Both the position numbers and the translations under genes were made by a program. From Octopus sinensis (lineage: Eukaryota): a stretch of DNA of 64,000 nt. Of the stretch, positions 13,461 to 26,109 are shown in pieces. The stretch covers positions 52,452,001-52,516,000 of the forward strand of contig NC_043002.1 in NCBI RefSeq assembly GCF_006345805.1, written 5' to 3'. How positions within the stretch are numbered: position 1 is the stretch's first letter; each line of letters begins with the position of its first letter. Under the pieces are notes generated by a model. It searched no databases. It saw only the letters and a program-made list of their open reading frames with translations, and was not told where the DNA came from.

Positions 13461-14154
13461 TACATTCATAAATACACCACACACATACATTAGAAAAGTG
13501 ATGACAGAAGAATAGACGCTTATTTTATGAATTTCGTTAGAAGATATTCACCAATCGATAGTTTAGTGCAATACATACAAAGTATCATAGCAATAAGAAA
13601 AATAAAAATTATATTCTTATATAACTTTCTTCAATTACGAACGTTTTCAATGATCCGGGGAACTGTTTTCAAGCTATACAATTGCTTGCATGCAAAATCA
13701 ATAAATTTACTAACGGAACAATTCACCCTTAATTATTCTCTTCTGAGCTTGAATTTTATATTGAAAGATTTTTCAGATTCTGCTCAAATTAATCTGATGG
13801 ATGTAGGATTCAAGATAACAGACATATGAAATTACTTTACCTGTTGTATTGCAGATTGTCAATTTCACAGTCCTAGAAGGTCACAGTGTCATCAAGTGTC
13901 GGAGTATGCTAGCCTGTGAAGATGTAGCTTAAGGATGCTCCGTTAATTAATTAATTAATTGATTAGTTGAGTGATTAAGCATTCAAGGCATTGTATAGTT
14001 TGGAATCAGGGTACCAGAACATAAAACCATTTGAAAAGTTCGTAATATAATACTTCTTTGCCTTATATATATATATATTATATATATATATATATACATA
14101 ATACATACATACATATATACATACACACACATGTATATATACATACATACATGC

Positions 14155-14215
<61 letters not shown>

Positions 14216-14261
14216 TACATATATATATATATATTCCTTTATTCTTTTATTTCTTTTAGTC

Positions 14262-14400
14262 ATGCAGGACCCCAGGACTTATTCTTGTCAGCTTAGTACT
14301 TATTCTATCGGTTTTTTTTTTGCCGAACCGGTAAGTTACGGGGTTGTAAACACACCAACATCGTTTGTTAAGCGATGGTGGTAGGGAAAAACATAGACAC
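14262..14400 (-). mobile_element. SINE family C fragment
   Basis: GACCCCAGGACTTATTCTTG...GCCGAACCGGTAAGTTACGGGG...AAGCGATG. Confidence 0.75.
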
Positions 14401-14462
14401 ACAAATATATACATACGCACACACGCATATACACACAGACACACACACACACAACACACACG

Positions 14463-14521
<59 letters not shown>

Positions 14522-14525
<4 letters not shown>

Positions 14526-14687
14526 GACGAGCTTCTTTCAGTTTCCATCTACCAAATCCACTCACAAAACTTGGTCGGCCCGAGACTATAGTAGGAGACA
14601 TTTGCCCAAAGTATCACACAGTGGGACTGAACTCAAAACCATGTGGTTAGTAAGCAAATGACTTACCCCACAACCACTCTGCGCCTA
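14522..14687 (-). mobile_element. tRNA-derived SINE family B
   Basis: near full length; on the minus strand TAGGCGCAGAGTGGTTGTG head and GAGTTCAGTCCC B-box-like motif. Confidence 0.8.
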
Positions 14688-15009
14688 TATATATATAAAT
14701 GCTATATGTAACCTTACATCACCCGATGCTGATTGTACCTTCCTAGCATGGTTTAAAAGGTTCTACATCTCATAAATGTGTTGTTGATTTTTAGTCCCCG
14801 GTCAACCCTAAATAAGTTGACTTAAGACGAGCATCATTCCAGCCTCGACAATTTCTTCATTTTTCATTTCTTAGACTACGTAGTTCAAAGATGTTTTCAC
14901 CCTTTCTTATGTCGGTTACTTGACTATTATTTCGTGCAGATCATTTAACCATGTATATGGTTCATGTCTGGCAACTATTACATAGCAAAACGATGTATAT
15001 GAACGTAAA

Positions 15010-15075
<66 letters not shown>

Positions 15076-15096
15076 CAAATAAATAAATAAACATAA

Positions 15097-15290
15097 AGGC
15101 GGCGCGCTGGTAGAAACGTTAGCACGCCAGGCGAAATGCTTAGCGGTATTTCGTTCTGAGTTTAAATTCTGCTGGGATCAAGTTTGCCTTTCATCCTTTC
15201 GGGGTCGATAAAATAAGAACCAGTTGCTCACTGGTGTCGGTCTAATCGACTGGCCCCCTCCCCAACATTTCGGACCCTGTATCGAGAGTA
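15097..15290 (+). mobile_element. SINE family A
   Basis: GGCGGCGCGCTGGTAGAAACGTTAGCACGCC...TTTCGGGGTCGAT. Confidence 0.8.
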
Positions 15291-15951
15291 GAAAATTATA
15301 TATGTGTGTATGTATATACTATTGGACACATTGATGAGTTAGTATATGTATATGTATGTGTGTTTATGTATGCATGCACATGCACATACGCACACACACA
15401 TGCACACTCATACATATATATGAGAAATTATGATAAAGACAAGATGCAGTATATATCATGTGTTCCCTCCGCACGTCTTTGAACTTCCGTACTCGCCATT
15501 GGTAGTCGTACGTCTAACAGTGCATACAAGATATACTATATATATGTGTGTGTGTGCATATACACGCATACATACACATATATATTTCTATATTCATACG
15601 GACACACACATGCACGCACACACACACACACACATATACGTACATGCATACATACATGCATACATACATACATAAGCCATATACATGTGTGTGCATGTGT
15701 GTCACATATTTCTTATACATTCACCAAAACAAATGTGAAATAATGGTTACGGCAGACAAGAAAATAACATTCCAAGTTTACACAGTTGACTCTGAAATTA
15801 AAGTGTAATCCGATTAGTTTCAACAGACGCATCGCTAGATTAGATCTTACATTGAAAACAAAATTTCAATGCTTACAAAAGAAAAAAAAACTACCATAAA
15901 GCAACAAATATATATCTGAATCCTAACAAAGTAAGTTTTCTCAAAACAAGC

Positions 15952-15982
<31 letters not shown>

Positions 15983-16071
15983 TGTATGTATGTATGTATG
16001 TATGTATGTATGTATGTATGTATGTATGTATGTATGTATCTATCTATCTATCTGTCTATCTGTATGTATGG

Positions 16072-16167
<96 letters not shown>

Positions 16168-16200
16168 TTATTTATCTCTCTCTCAATTTCTCTCTCTCTT
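15952..16200. repeat. compound (TATG)n-(TATC)n-(TC)n microsatellite
   Basis: direct reading. Confidence 0.95.
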
Positions 16201-16469
16201 TCTTTCTCTCTCTGGCTGTATGCATGACACTATATGAAGGAAAGAGACTGGGCACCTGGAATATCGTCAGTCGCTCACCGTTCTCCACCAATCAGCTAAT
16301 GGGATCAGTGGATGTTCCACTTAAGCAATATATAGAATCGTCCTTATCTTTCATCTTTTCGGGGTCGATATAATAAGTACAAGATGTAATCGACGTAACC
16401 ACCTCCCCTGAAGTTGCTGGCCTTTTGCCAAAATTTGAAACCAATATATTATGGAAATAAGGCGGGGAA

Positions 16470-17341
16470 GTGTGACGGTGTTATCGGAGAATCTCAGGGC
16501 GACGACGGAGACGAACTGGCTAGTCTGTTCCCGAGTACTTCCTGGCCGGGAACTATCATGTATAATTTCCAGAAGCCTTTGGTTTGATAGATCTCCCAAG
16601 AGGTGCTACCTGTTCGAAATGAACTCTACAGGCATAATTACGCTTTCAGATGTGCTTGTCTGAGATGTACACAGAAATACGAAACCATTTTGCATTCACT
16701 CGTTCAATGTCTGAACATTGATGACTTTTGGAATTATATGGAACAACTGCTGTCGCGTATGGAACGGATCCGTCTATCGGCCGAGTTCGCAACCGCCTTT
16801 TAATCGGGCAGATAAGGTAGTTTTCCTTTGATGGTTTAGATGAGAGAGATTATCTAGTAAACGAGATTGACATGTATGAGAACAGGGGCATTCGTTTTTG
16901 GTATGCACACATTGACTTTTTAAGGTTTCCCTTGAAATAGGAAGTGAGAGTGGAGAGGGAGATGCCGTTCTCGAGTGAACTTATTGAAAAGTGAGGAAGA
17001 CAGCAAAAATGGCGAGATTGTATGGAACTGCTCTAAGTAGAGACCTGTGAGTCGGAGAACATGAAATGGAGACAGCGCGTGAGTGTTCAAGGAGATCTTG
17101 GATGGTGGGGTTTTGCGATTGGCCCTAGAATCCGACAGTATCTGGAAAATCACATGATTAACGTCACTTTTCTTTTCTTATTTACTGATGTATTCTATGT
17201 ATACTTACGTTCTTTCGTTTATACTATATACCGTGTATACTTTTTACTTTTGGTTTCCATAAATTCATTCTATGTAGATCCCCATGCCCCTCTTTGCATT
17301 GTCCCTTACCATGTGTATCAATCGGGTGACAAAGAAAAGAA
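16470..17341 (+). mobile_element. L1/Tx1-type LINE 3' fragment (zinc-binding C-terminus of ORF2 and 3' UTR)
   Basis: LPVRNELYRH...CLRCTQKYETILHSLVQC (CxxC...H...C, zf-RVT-like); decayed EVRVERE segment downstream; ends AAAGAAAAGAA before (TTA)n. Confidence 0.7.
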
Positions 17342-17389
<48 letters not shown>

Positions 17390-17539
17390 GAGAGAGAGAG
17401 AGAGAGAGAGTGCAGTGCAGACCAACAAAGTGACGGTGGGGTTAAACATATACGAAGCCCAGTATATACATTATTACTGCCGAGCTGATAAGAGTACAAC
17501 ATATACATATATCACAACTATACATGCACGACATAGTGA

Positions 17540-17830
17540 CCTCATAACAAGATTAGCAGCGCAGGACCTTGCAGAGAGGGCCCAGTTTGAATTTTCTTCA
17601 GGCCGAGTATCCTCTTCCGCTCAAAATGATCCTGAATAAAGGTTGTTTAAGGATGATGAAGGAAACACCCATGTTTCCGGAGGTGAATTATTAAAACCTC
17701 AAAGAATTCCCCTCAGCATATAGCACATATTGTAAGGGATGTGCTGAACTGGTTAAGGTCAAGCAACTAACGAGCAAATCTGTGTTATTGAGCAGAATAT
17801 TTGCTGTAGCCCATCTTTTACACTAAGAGA
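17540..17830 (+). repeat. unclassified interspersed repeat
   Basis: GGTTAAGGTCAAGC...ATTGAGCAGAATATTTGCTG has an inverted homologue at about 42775-42930. Confidence 0.6.
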
Positions 17831-17884
17831 AACCAGGTACATGTTAACACTTGTATTAACTTGTATTGACCTGAACGTTTGCTT

Positions 17885-18310
17885 TTCGCTGGCAGAAGAG
17901 ACCGGGCTAAGTAAGACCATTGGGAAGCTCATGATGACCCCATTTTTTCGATAAGGGCATCGCATATCCAATAAGGTTTCTCTGCCCAAATGGTTAACAG
18001 AGTACTTGAGGGGGTTCAGCGAGAGATACAGTCGCAAACGGCAAGAATACCTGTATCAAGACAATGTACCAGTTCACATTTCCCGCCTGGGAACAAACTA
18101 CTTGAGAGAGCAGGGCATCTAAACTGTCCCTCATCCTCCTTACAGTCCAGACTTTATCCCTATGACTTTTTGTTTTCCACGCTGAGGGAGATGAAGGCCA
18201 CTGTAACAAGCGTTCTGGACGCACTAATTTTGGAGCACTTTCACAAGTCCTTCATGAAGTAACTGGTGCGCTGCGGCAAGTACATTGAAGTCAGAATTTC
18301 TTACTTTGAA
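17885..18310 (+). mobile_element. degenerate mariner (DD34D) transposase fragment
   Basis: GKLMMTPFF...YQDNVPVH...HPPYSPD...YDF motifs with stops and frameshifts. Confidence 0.75.
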
Positions 18311-18312
18311 AT

Positions 18313-18476
18313 CTATGACTTCCAGGTGTTTTAACACCAGGCGAATTGATGCGAATATATTGTCTTACACCTATAAATCGCAGCCTGCCCACAAAGTGAC
18401 ATAACACATACCTTGTGTGTGTGTATGTGTTCAGTATTGTTTGTATCATTCAGGCTGTTTCTTTTTCATATTTGAA
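18313..18476 (+). repeat. low-copy paralogous segment, copy 1 (copy 2 at 28249-28406)
   Basis: CTATGACTT..AGGTGTTTTAACACCAG...CGCAGCCT...TCATATTTGAA is shared, co-oriented and ~9.9 kb apart. Confidence 0.75.
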
Positions 18477-18599
18477 CACACAGACACAGACACACAGACA
18501 CACACAGATACACACACACACACACACACGCGCACACACACACAGCGATGAATTACAGAACATTATATATAAATGTAAAATGCAGAGTATTTAATATTA

Positions 18600-18855
18600 A
18601 ACTGACACTCCATCATTTAGGGCTCCAGTTGATACGGTCAATACAATAACCTGGTTGCAAAATTAATGCGCAAGTGACTGATCACTCCAGCAACACGCGT
18701 ACCCTTAACGTAGTTCTCAGGGGGATTCTGCGTAACACGGAATGTGGTCTTTTAAATTACACATACAACTCATTTTTGCCAGCTGAGTGGATCAGACCAA
18801 CGTGAAATAAAGCGACTTATTCGAGGACACACCACACCGCCAGTAATCGAACTCA
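18600..18855 (-). mobile_element. SINE family D (CORE-like), 5' truncated
   Basis: AACGTGAAATAAAG and GCCAGCTGAGTGGA match the element at 40733-41076. Confidence 0.65.
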
Positions 18856-20439
18856 TTCTTTAATATATCATAAACGAAAGTCTTATAATTTCCAGTACAT
18901 TGAATGCTGCCTTTCCCCTCTTTCAACTGGTAATCCGAGACTATCATTTCTCAATGTTGTTTGAATAAATTTTCGCACACACACACGCGCATTGTCTTTG
19001 TTTTACTTTTCTGCTTCATGCTGTCGTTCCTTCATCCAATTCGCCATTTTTCATTCTTTTATAGAAAATCGGAATATTCATTCTCCTATATTTCTTTCTT
19101 TCTTTCTTTTTTTTTTTCAATAGAAGATTTACATTTCTCTGCTGTCTCAAATTTTGAGGCAAATTTCCAAAATCTTCCTTTGCATATTGCAGAAAATATG
19201 CATTTGCAGGAAAATAAATATTGCATATGAAAATACTCAGGGAAAGTAGCGCATTCTTCATATTTTGTTTTATGTGACTTTTTTCTCTTACAGCTCTTAA
19301 CATTTCTTTGGCACAAGATGTAAGAATTATTCTTCAAAGAAAATGGACAGCTGCGTTGCTGAAGATATAAAGTTTGATTTCGTGATATATTTTCTCATGT
19401 TTCACAAACATTCACTAATATTCCGTTAAACAAAGACAGAATTTGATACGCCGCGTTCAGATTCCATATTTTATTTTGTGATATTTTGGAGCTTCAAATG
19501 AAATTAAAGAAAAAAACATAAACAATAATGAAATACACAAGATATTGATTTGAATTTCACAAAATATTGATTTCTATCGTAGGAATAAGGGCTTACATAT
19601 CGATTAAGATTTTCAGAGGTATCTGCTTATCTTATTAGAAAGAATGAAAGGCAAAGTCGATTGGGACAGGATTTGAGTTGAGAATATAAATTTACGTAAC
19701 TAAGTATCGCTTTCCAAAATCGGGTTGGGGTTATACAATATTTTTAAGGAAAAGAGATTAGTACTGTTGTTTTTATCGACGCAGGACTTACTTATTTTCA
19801 TTTTATTGTTATTGTAATTGTGAACAATAGAGTGACAACCGTGTAAGCGAATGTTCGTAACTCGCTGCAGAACAAATATCTCCGGAGAGTTTGCTCAAAG
19901 TAAGGCTTTTTCCGATTTTCTCATCAATGATGATATACATTAGAGAAAGATATATTCACATATATAATTCACACATACACACACACACAGACGCATATAC
20001 ATGCACACATATACGCGCGCGCATGCACACACACACACAAGCACGTGCGCACGCTCACACACACAGACACAGACACACACGTACACACACACACGCTTTT
20101 ATTTGAAATTTACAAGGCAACAAGTTCGATAAAATTACAACACATTTTATTCGAAAAATTGCTATTAAGCATATATCACTTATTCTAGTTTCTAAGATCT
20201 TAGTCGACGTTCTGAAAGCACCCAAAATCTAGCCGAAACTTGACGCCGGAAAAAGCGATAAAAATGTAAAGAAACCGATGATGCCACTCTACTTCGCTTT
20301 CTCTCCATCTACGTCAATCTTTATGAGTGTCTCAATACTCTGTCTCTTTATTTTCTTTGTAGCGTTCTCTTATGCAAGACCTCCAACATGCAGGCACTGT
20401 GTGTTTGTGTGTGTTTGTATGTGTGTGTGTGTGTGTGAG

Positions 20440-20560
20440 TCTGTGTAAATGCGGGTGGCTTAGTAGTTATGGTATTCGGCTCACAATTCTAAGGTCGCAA
20501 GTTCGATTCCTGATGGCGCGTGGTATCCATAAGCAAGACACTTCATTTGACGTTGTTTCA
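20440..20560 (+). mobile_element. SINE family D head (tRNA-derived)
   Basis: TGGCTTAGTAGTT A box, GTTCGATTCC B box, then AGCAAGACACTT CORE-like motif. Confidence 0.65.
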
Positions 20561-20961
20561 GTCTATTCACCTATCATGCTCACAAAGGGAACAATAATAA
20601 GGCAATATGAAATTACATATAACTGAATTTGAATATATGACATTGAACTGCTTCATATTAAAAAGTGCTGTTCCCAGTTAGATGGCAAATGATAACATGC
20701 TTTTGTGAGTATTCGTTCTGTAGTTTCTGAATACAGAAAGATACACATACAGAACATATATTTAAAGGGAACTGCAGTAAAGACCTTCGTATCATGAAAA
20801 TTCTGATCACGGCTAGTAAGTCGAAACGTTGAATTCAATGTAAATATTTCTCTTGAATGAAAACATATGTACTCTGCTTTTGAGTGATCCTGAATTTTAA
20901 ATGTTAAATTAATTTATTTGTATAACTCTACATCAAAATCAACATTAAGAGAAGTATACTC

Positions 20962-21012
<51 letters not shown>

Positions 21013-21134
21013 GTATATGCACACAGACACACACGTCTATATCTATATACATATATATTACAGTTGTATATACCTACACATATACGGCCATAGCTTCTAA
21101 CTGAAGCTAATAATAGAATAATACATAGACATAC

Positions 21135-21169
<35 letters not shown>

Positions 21170-21224
21170 GTGTGTGTGTGTGTGTGTGGTGTGTGTGTGT
21201 GTGTGTGTGTGTCGTTGACGACGA

Positions 21225-21409
21225 GAAAATTCTTATGAATTAACTCTGAAATTGGGACCAATACGGTAATAACGGAATTTTCTAGAAATTTCTGTAGGCT
21301 AGTTTCGAGACGCATGTTAATAGTCATAAATTATAATGGTTATTGACAATTCGTCAATTTTCGGTATATTTGGTATTAGAATATTTATCTTTTGCCCTTG
21401 TTTTGTAAG

Positions 21410-21410
<1 letters not shown>
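21225..21410 (-). mobile_element. fragment of the MITE-like family at 52721-53153
   Basis: AATTCTTATGAATTAAC...TTGGGACCAATACGGTAATAACGGA is the reverse complement of 52830-52890. Confidence 0.7.
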
Positions 21411-21452
<42 letters not shown>

Positions 21453-21480
21453 TGTATGTGTGTATCTATCTATCTATCTA

Positions 21481-21565
<85 letters not shown>

Positions 21566-21610
21566 AATCCCCTCTCTGTCTGTCTGTCTGTCTGTCTTTC
21601 TGTCTGTCTG

Positions 21611-21674
<64 letters not shown>

Positions 21675-23319
21675 CAGCTACATATACATACAGTCTTATC
21701 ATATGCTTTCTAGACGTTAGATGTTAATAGGTCATATATATTCAAGTAATCGTACATAGTGTCTCAGAAGCACCACCTGTCGTCATCTTTGCTCTTTTCA
21801 AATTAGTGTATTAATTTCCTATCATCTTCTTTACTTCCTCCATCCTTATAAGGAAATTGTTACAATGAATAGTTTGCATTTCTATGCAAATGATATTCTC
21901 TCTTCTATAAAAATATATCTTCGAACGAAAACAACATATTTTAATTATTTTCTAATCGAACAACATGGTTTTATTATTCAGAGCGCATATTTATTCAGTC
22001 ACGTAATAATCGCAACCTACGTATGTCACATCTGGCCAACAATAAATGAGGCCATCAGTCGTCAACTCTCTCTCTATTTCTGTGTATTCACACACACACA
22101 CACATGTATGTATGTATGTATGTATGTATGTATGTATGTATGTATGTATGTATGTATGTATGTATGTATGTATGTATGTATGTATGTATGTATGTATGTA
22201 TGCGTGTATGTGTTCAATATTTACCACGAAAATAACATAAAATTCATTGTAATTATTAAATGTAATTATTAGTTAAATGTTCAATGAAAGAATGAGGAAG
22301 TGGAGGTGACTTTGACGTTTCGAAACTCAAGCTGTTCTTGAGGAAATTTGATGGACAGAAGAAAGTAGTATAGAGGAACGAAAAATTGCGGGGAAACGAA
22401 AAAGAAAATATGTTATGTTGCGTGTCAAGTCGTATATATCTTATATCTTATTTAAAAAGAGATGTAACGTTCATCTGCAAATACGATGATTCACCGACTC
22501 TATCTCATCCAACAGTCGCAGGGGCTGGTGCCGGTGGAACTGCAAAGTTACTTTATTTCGTTTCAATAAAATTGTTGTGTTTTTGGTATTTTGATGGCTT
22601 CTTATTAGCACACAGCCAAACATACATACAGGCACATAGGCACACATATGCATGCTTACATAATGCACGCATTTATACAAACACATTCATATATATATAA
22701 TAGAGAGAGGGGAAAATGGAGAATTTTTGAGAGTGATTTAAAGATGTTCTTTCCTTTCTCAGATATTGCATCAATGCCATGATGGATCTCAAAATAACCG
22801 ATAGCGCCCAATGACTTGAATTTAAAGTATTCCCATCTGTGCACCCCCACCCCTAAAACACCCACCCACACATATATGTATATTTATATGCCTATATATG
22901 TATATATATATATAAGAATTTTTTGAGTAGTTAGATAAAAATCAACGCTGTATAGATATTAGAGCATTTATAGATAGACCTATCTATAAATGCTCAAATA
23001 TCTATACAGCCTTGGTTTTTTTTATCTTATTACGCAAAAAATTCTTATATACACACGCTGACATAGAACCAACGTTGAACCCTTTATTCACAGTACTACC
23101 GAATCTGGAACTTAACTATGGTCTGTCTATAGCACTTATTCGGTATTACCTGACACATTTGGGTCTCAATGACATCATTATCTCTTATATATAATATATA
23201 TATATATATATCTAGAGAAAGAAAAAGACAGACAAAAAGAAAGGGAGCGAGGGAGATAGGGAGAGAGAAACAAGGCTGTATATAGCAGATGTCGCTTTTA
23301 GCTATTATTTCTAGCAAGA

Positions 23320-23510
23320 TAAGGTTGGCACACTGGACAAAGTGCTTAGCGGCATTTCGTCCGTTTTTACGTTCTTAGTTCAAATTCCACTGTGGTCGAC
23401 TTTGGCTTTCATACTTTCAGCGTCGATAAAATATATACCAGCTGTGTACTGGAGTTAACGTGATTGACTAGCTCCCTCTCCACATATTTCTTGCCTTGTG
23501 CTTATAGTAG
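23320..23510 (+). mobile_element. SINE family A, diverged
   Basis: GCTTAGCGGCATTTCGTCC...GTTCAAATTCC...GTCGATAAAAT. Confidence 0.7.
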
Positions 23511-25027
23511 AAAGGATTATTTCTAACAAGATAAGCGATAGTGTAGAAATTCTAGCGTTGGTTCAAACCAGTAAAATATGATTTGCTGGCGATTCGGTTT
23601 CGATTTCTAGACACTTTCCCATTGGTTTGTGATGAAGTGTAGTGACGGCAGGAAACTAATATGTAGCTTAAGGTGAATTTGGGTGCTATTTGTAGCAGGT
23701 CAAGCGACCGTAATAGAAATCCTTCTTTGATTTGGGGGTAAATTTTATTGTTATTTCAACCACGCTGAGTGAATGTATAGTAAACCTCACATTGACTCGC
23801 TATTATATGTAGCAGATCAGGCGGTCATATGGGAACTCTTTCTTTGGCCTGAAATGATAAATTTTATTTGAGATGGATTTAGCTATGTAGAGACCAATTT
23901 ATTGACCCGAGAATGTGGGGGTGATATTTGAAGGAGATTTTGTTGCGATTTATAGCATACTGAGCGACTATGCAATGCCCCGCCCCCATTCGTTTGACCA
24001 CGAATATTTTTTCTATAGTAAAATATTACTTTTATACGAACAAGACCAACAGGATGCATTATAGCAAAAGTGGGTTGGGTATTTTTGCTCTTTCCTTTAA
24101 ATGCAGTGAATTATGCTTGTATAATAAATAATTTTTACGTGATCTGTTTTGAACTGATGGGACATTTGTAAAATGTGATGTGGTCTTTTTGATTAAGATG
24201 AAATGTAATTAGTGTAGGATTTTGTAATTATATAATGTATCGAATTATATGATCTGATAATCGGTTAGCATGTAGAGTGATACGAACGTTATCACAATTC
24301 TTTCTTACATGTCGATAAGAGTGGTTTGTGAATTTAATATCAAGTTTGACGGGTTTTGATATTAACAACAACTGGACGATTATTGAAAGGAAATACTTGA
24401 GGAAATTACCATTCGCACGAGCCATTGAAGCATATTAAGTAACGATCATACATTATACTCGTTGTGTTCGAAGTAAAGGTGGAACCTCTGCATGATTGCT
24501 CAAGCTATTAGAAATAACAGATAAATCTACTTCAAATTACATATACTGGATAATGTTCATATGATTATACTTAGTCTGAAAAAAAAGTAATGGTCACGAC
24601 ATGAAAATCCTACATCATTGATCATTTGTTTGAGCAAGGCCACACCAGGGGCTAAACACCACCACCACGGACAACAACAACAGCAACACTCGTACATTAC
24701 AACGATTGCGCTAAATATGATATCGCTATCCATTACATGAATGTAAGAAATCCTAGCAAAGGAAGACAGAGAATAGAATCAAATGTATATTAACTTGATT
24801 CACGGGTCCATAATTTCAATTTATTTCCTATCTTAAGCATTTAGCTTAACATACTTTGATTTGGATATGTATTGGAACTAATAAAAAGAGAACGTCGGTA
24901 GAAGGCTCATTGTTAAATAACTGCATTAAGAATGGATTATGAATGTGTTAATATAAAATTGACAGTACAGTGTCAACGAACCGAAAGTAATTATAACTAC
25001 AAGATAATTTATTCAAAGGTTTGTGGG

Positions 25028-25100
25028 ATGCATTTTGGAATTATATTAATCCTCATTTATGTTATCATTCCGCTTGAAGCTCAAGAATCACGGCAACGTT
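25028..25100 (+). CDS. candidate signal-peptide exon MHFGIILILIYVIIPLEAQESRQR (unverified)
   Basis: ATG, hydrophobic core and LEA|QE cleavage-like site; phase-1 donor T|GTAAAT; can arise by chance in AT-rich DNA. Confidence 0.2.
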
Positions 25101-25689
25101 GTAAATTAATAGATAAGCTTATTTAAGATAGCCTGTTGAGGTTTAAATCTCTAACGGTTAAATTTTGTAAGAAAACAGATGCAAAGAGAATCGTTAAGAA
25201 TTATACTCCTAGTTAGTTAAATAACAATGAAGATTCCATGAAGTCACTTGGTATGCTAGAAATGACAGTCAAATCTTCCTCAGAGTGTTTTTTTAAAGAA
25301 GCCATTGTGCATTGTCGATCAGACTATATTGAATAATGTACCCTTGAGTATACTATCACTGAAAATACGAAATAATGATAGGTTGGTTATGACTGGAGGG
25401 CTTTTGATCAATCGAGATCTTACTATATTTTGAAACGAAAAAAAAAAAGAAAGGAAAAAAAAAGCTTTCACTGCGTTGGTCGACAGCTAGAACTCTTCAA
25501 ACATCTGGCTGACTGTATGGATATCGCACTGTCAGACCGTTGAACCCAGTGATGGGGGACAAACACACACACAAACGTGTTATATATATATATCATATAT
25601 AATATATATACGTATACACACACACACACACATACACACACATATATACAATTATTTTATATATATATATATATACTTCTCAGCATATT

Positions 25690-25806
25690 GGCATAGAAAT
25701 CTTTTAACTTTTGCCCTTGTTTATAATTTTCATCTTTAAAGGTATTTTAATATGCTGTCCACTTTGATGAAATGTTTTGGGAAAATTTTTTTATCCTATA
25801 TTAGAA

Positions 25807-25808
<2 letters not shown>
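25690..25808 (+). mobile_element. terminal fragment of the MITE-like family
   Basis: CTTTTGCCCTTG...TTTAAAGGTATTTT...ATCCTATATTAG matches 53040-53153. Confidence 0.6.
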
Positions 25809-25844
<36 letters not shown>

Positions 25845-26064
25845 ATATATATATATATATATATTACATATATACATTCCTACATACCTGCATACATACA
25901 TACATACATACATACATACATACATACATACATACATACATACATACATACGACGGGTTTCTCTCAGTTTCCGTCTACCAATCCACTCACAAGTTTGCTA
26001 GGACTGAACGTAGTTGGGCAGCAAACTTCTTACCACACAACCACTCTTGCACAGACACACACAT

Positions 26065-26109
<45 letters not shown>

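Larger units (their letters stand above)
10180..13480. repeat. ~1.62 kb direct tandem duplication (about 10180-11845 and 11846-13480)
   Basis: near-identical ORFs offset by 1621 bp (10949/12570); unique sequence repeats line for line; (CA)n tracts at the left end, junction and right end. Confidence 0.95.

Noticed and set aside
20278-20420. MSVSILCLFIFFVAFSYARPPTCRHC signal-like reading
   Set aside because: T-rich tract merging into (TG)n; no clear donor site.
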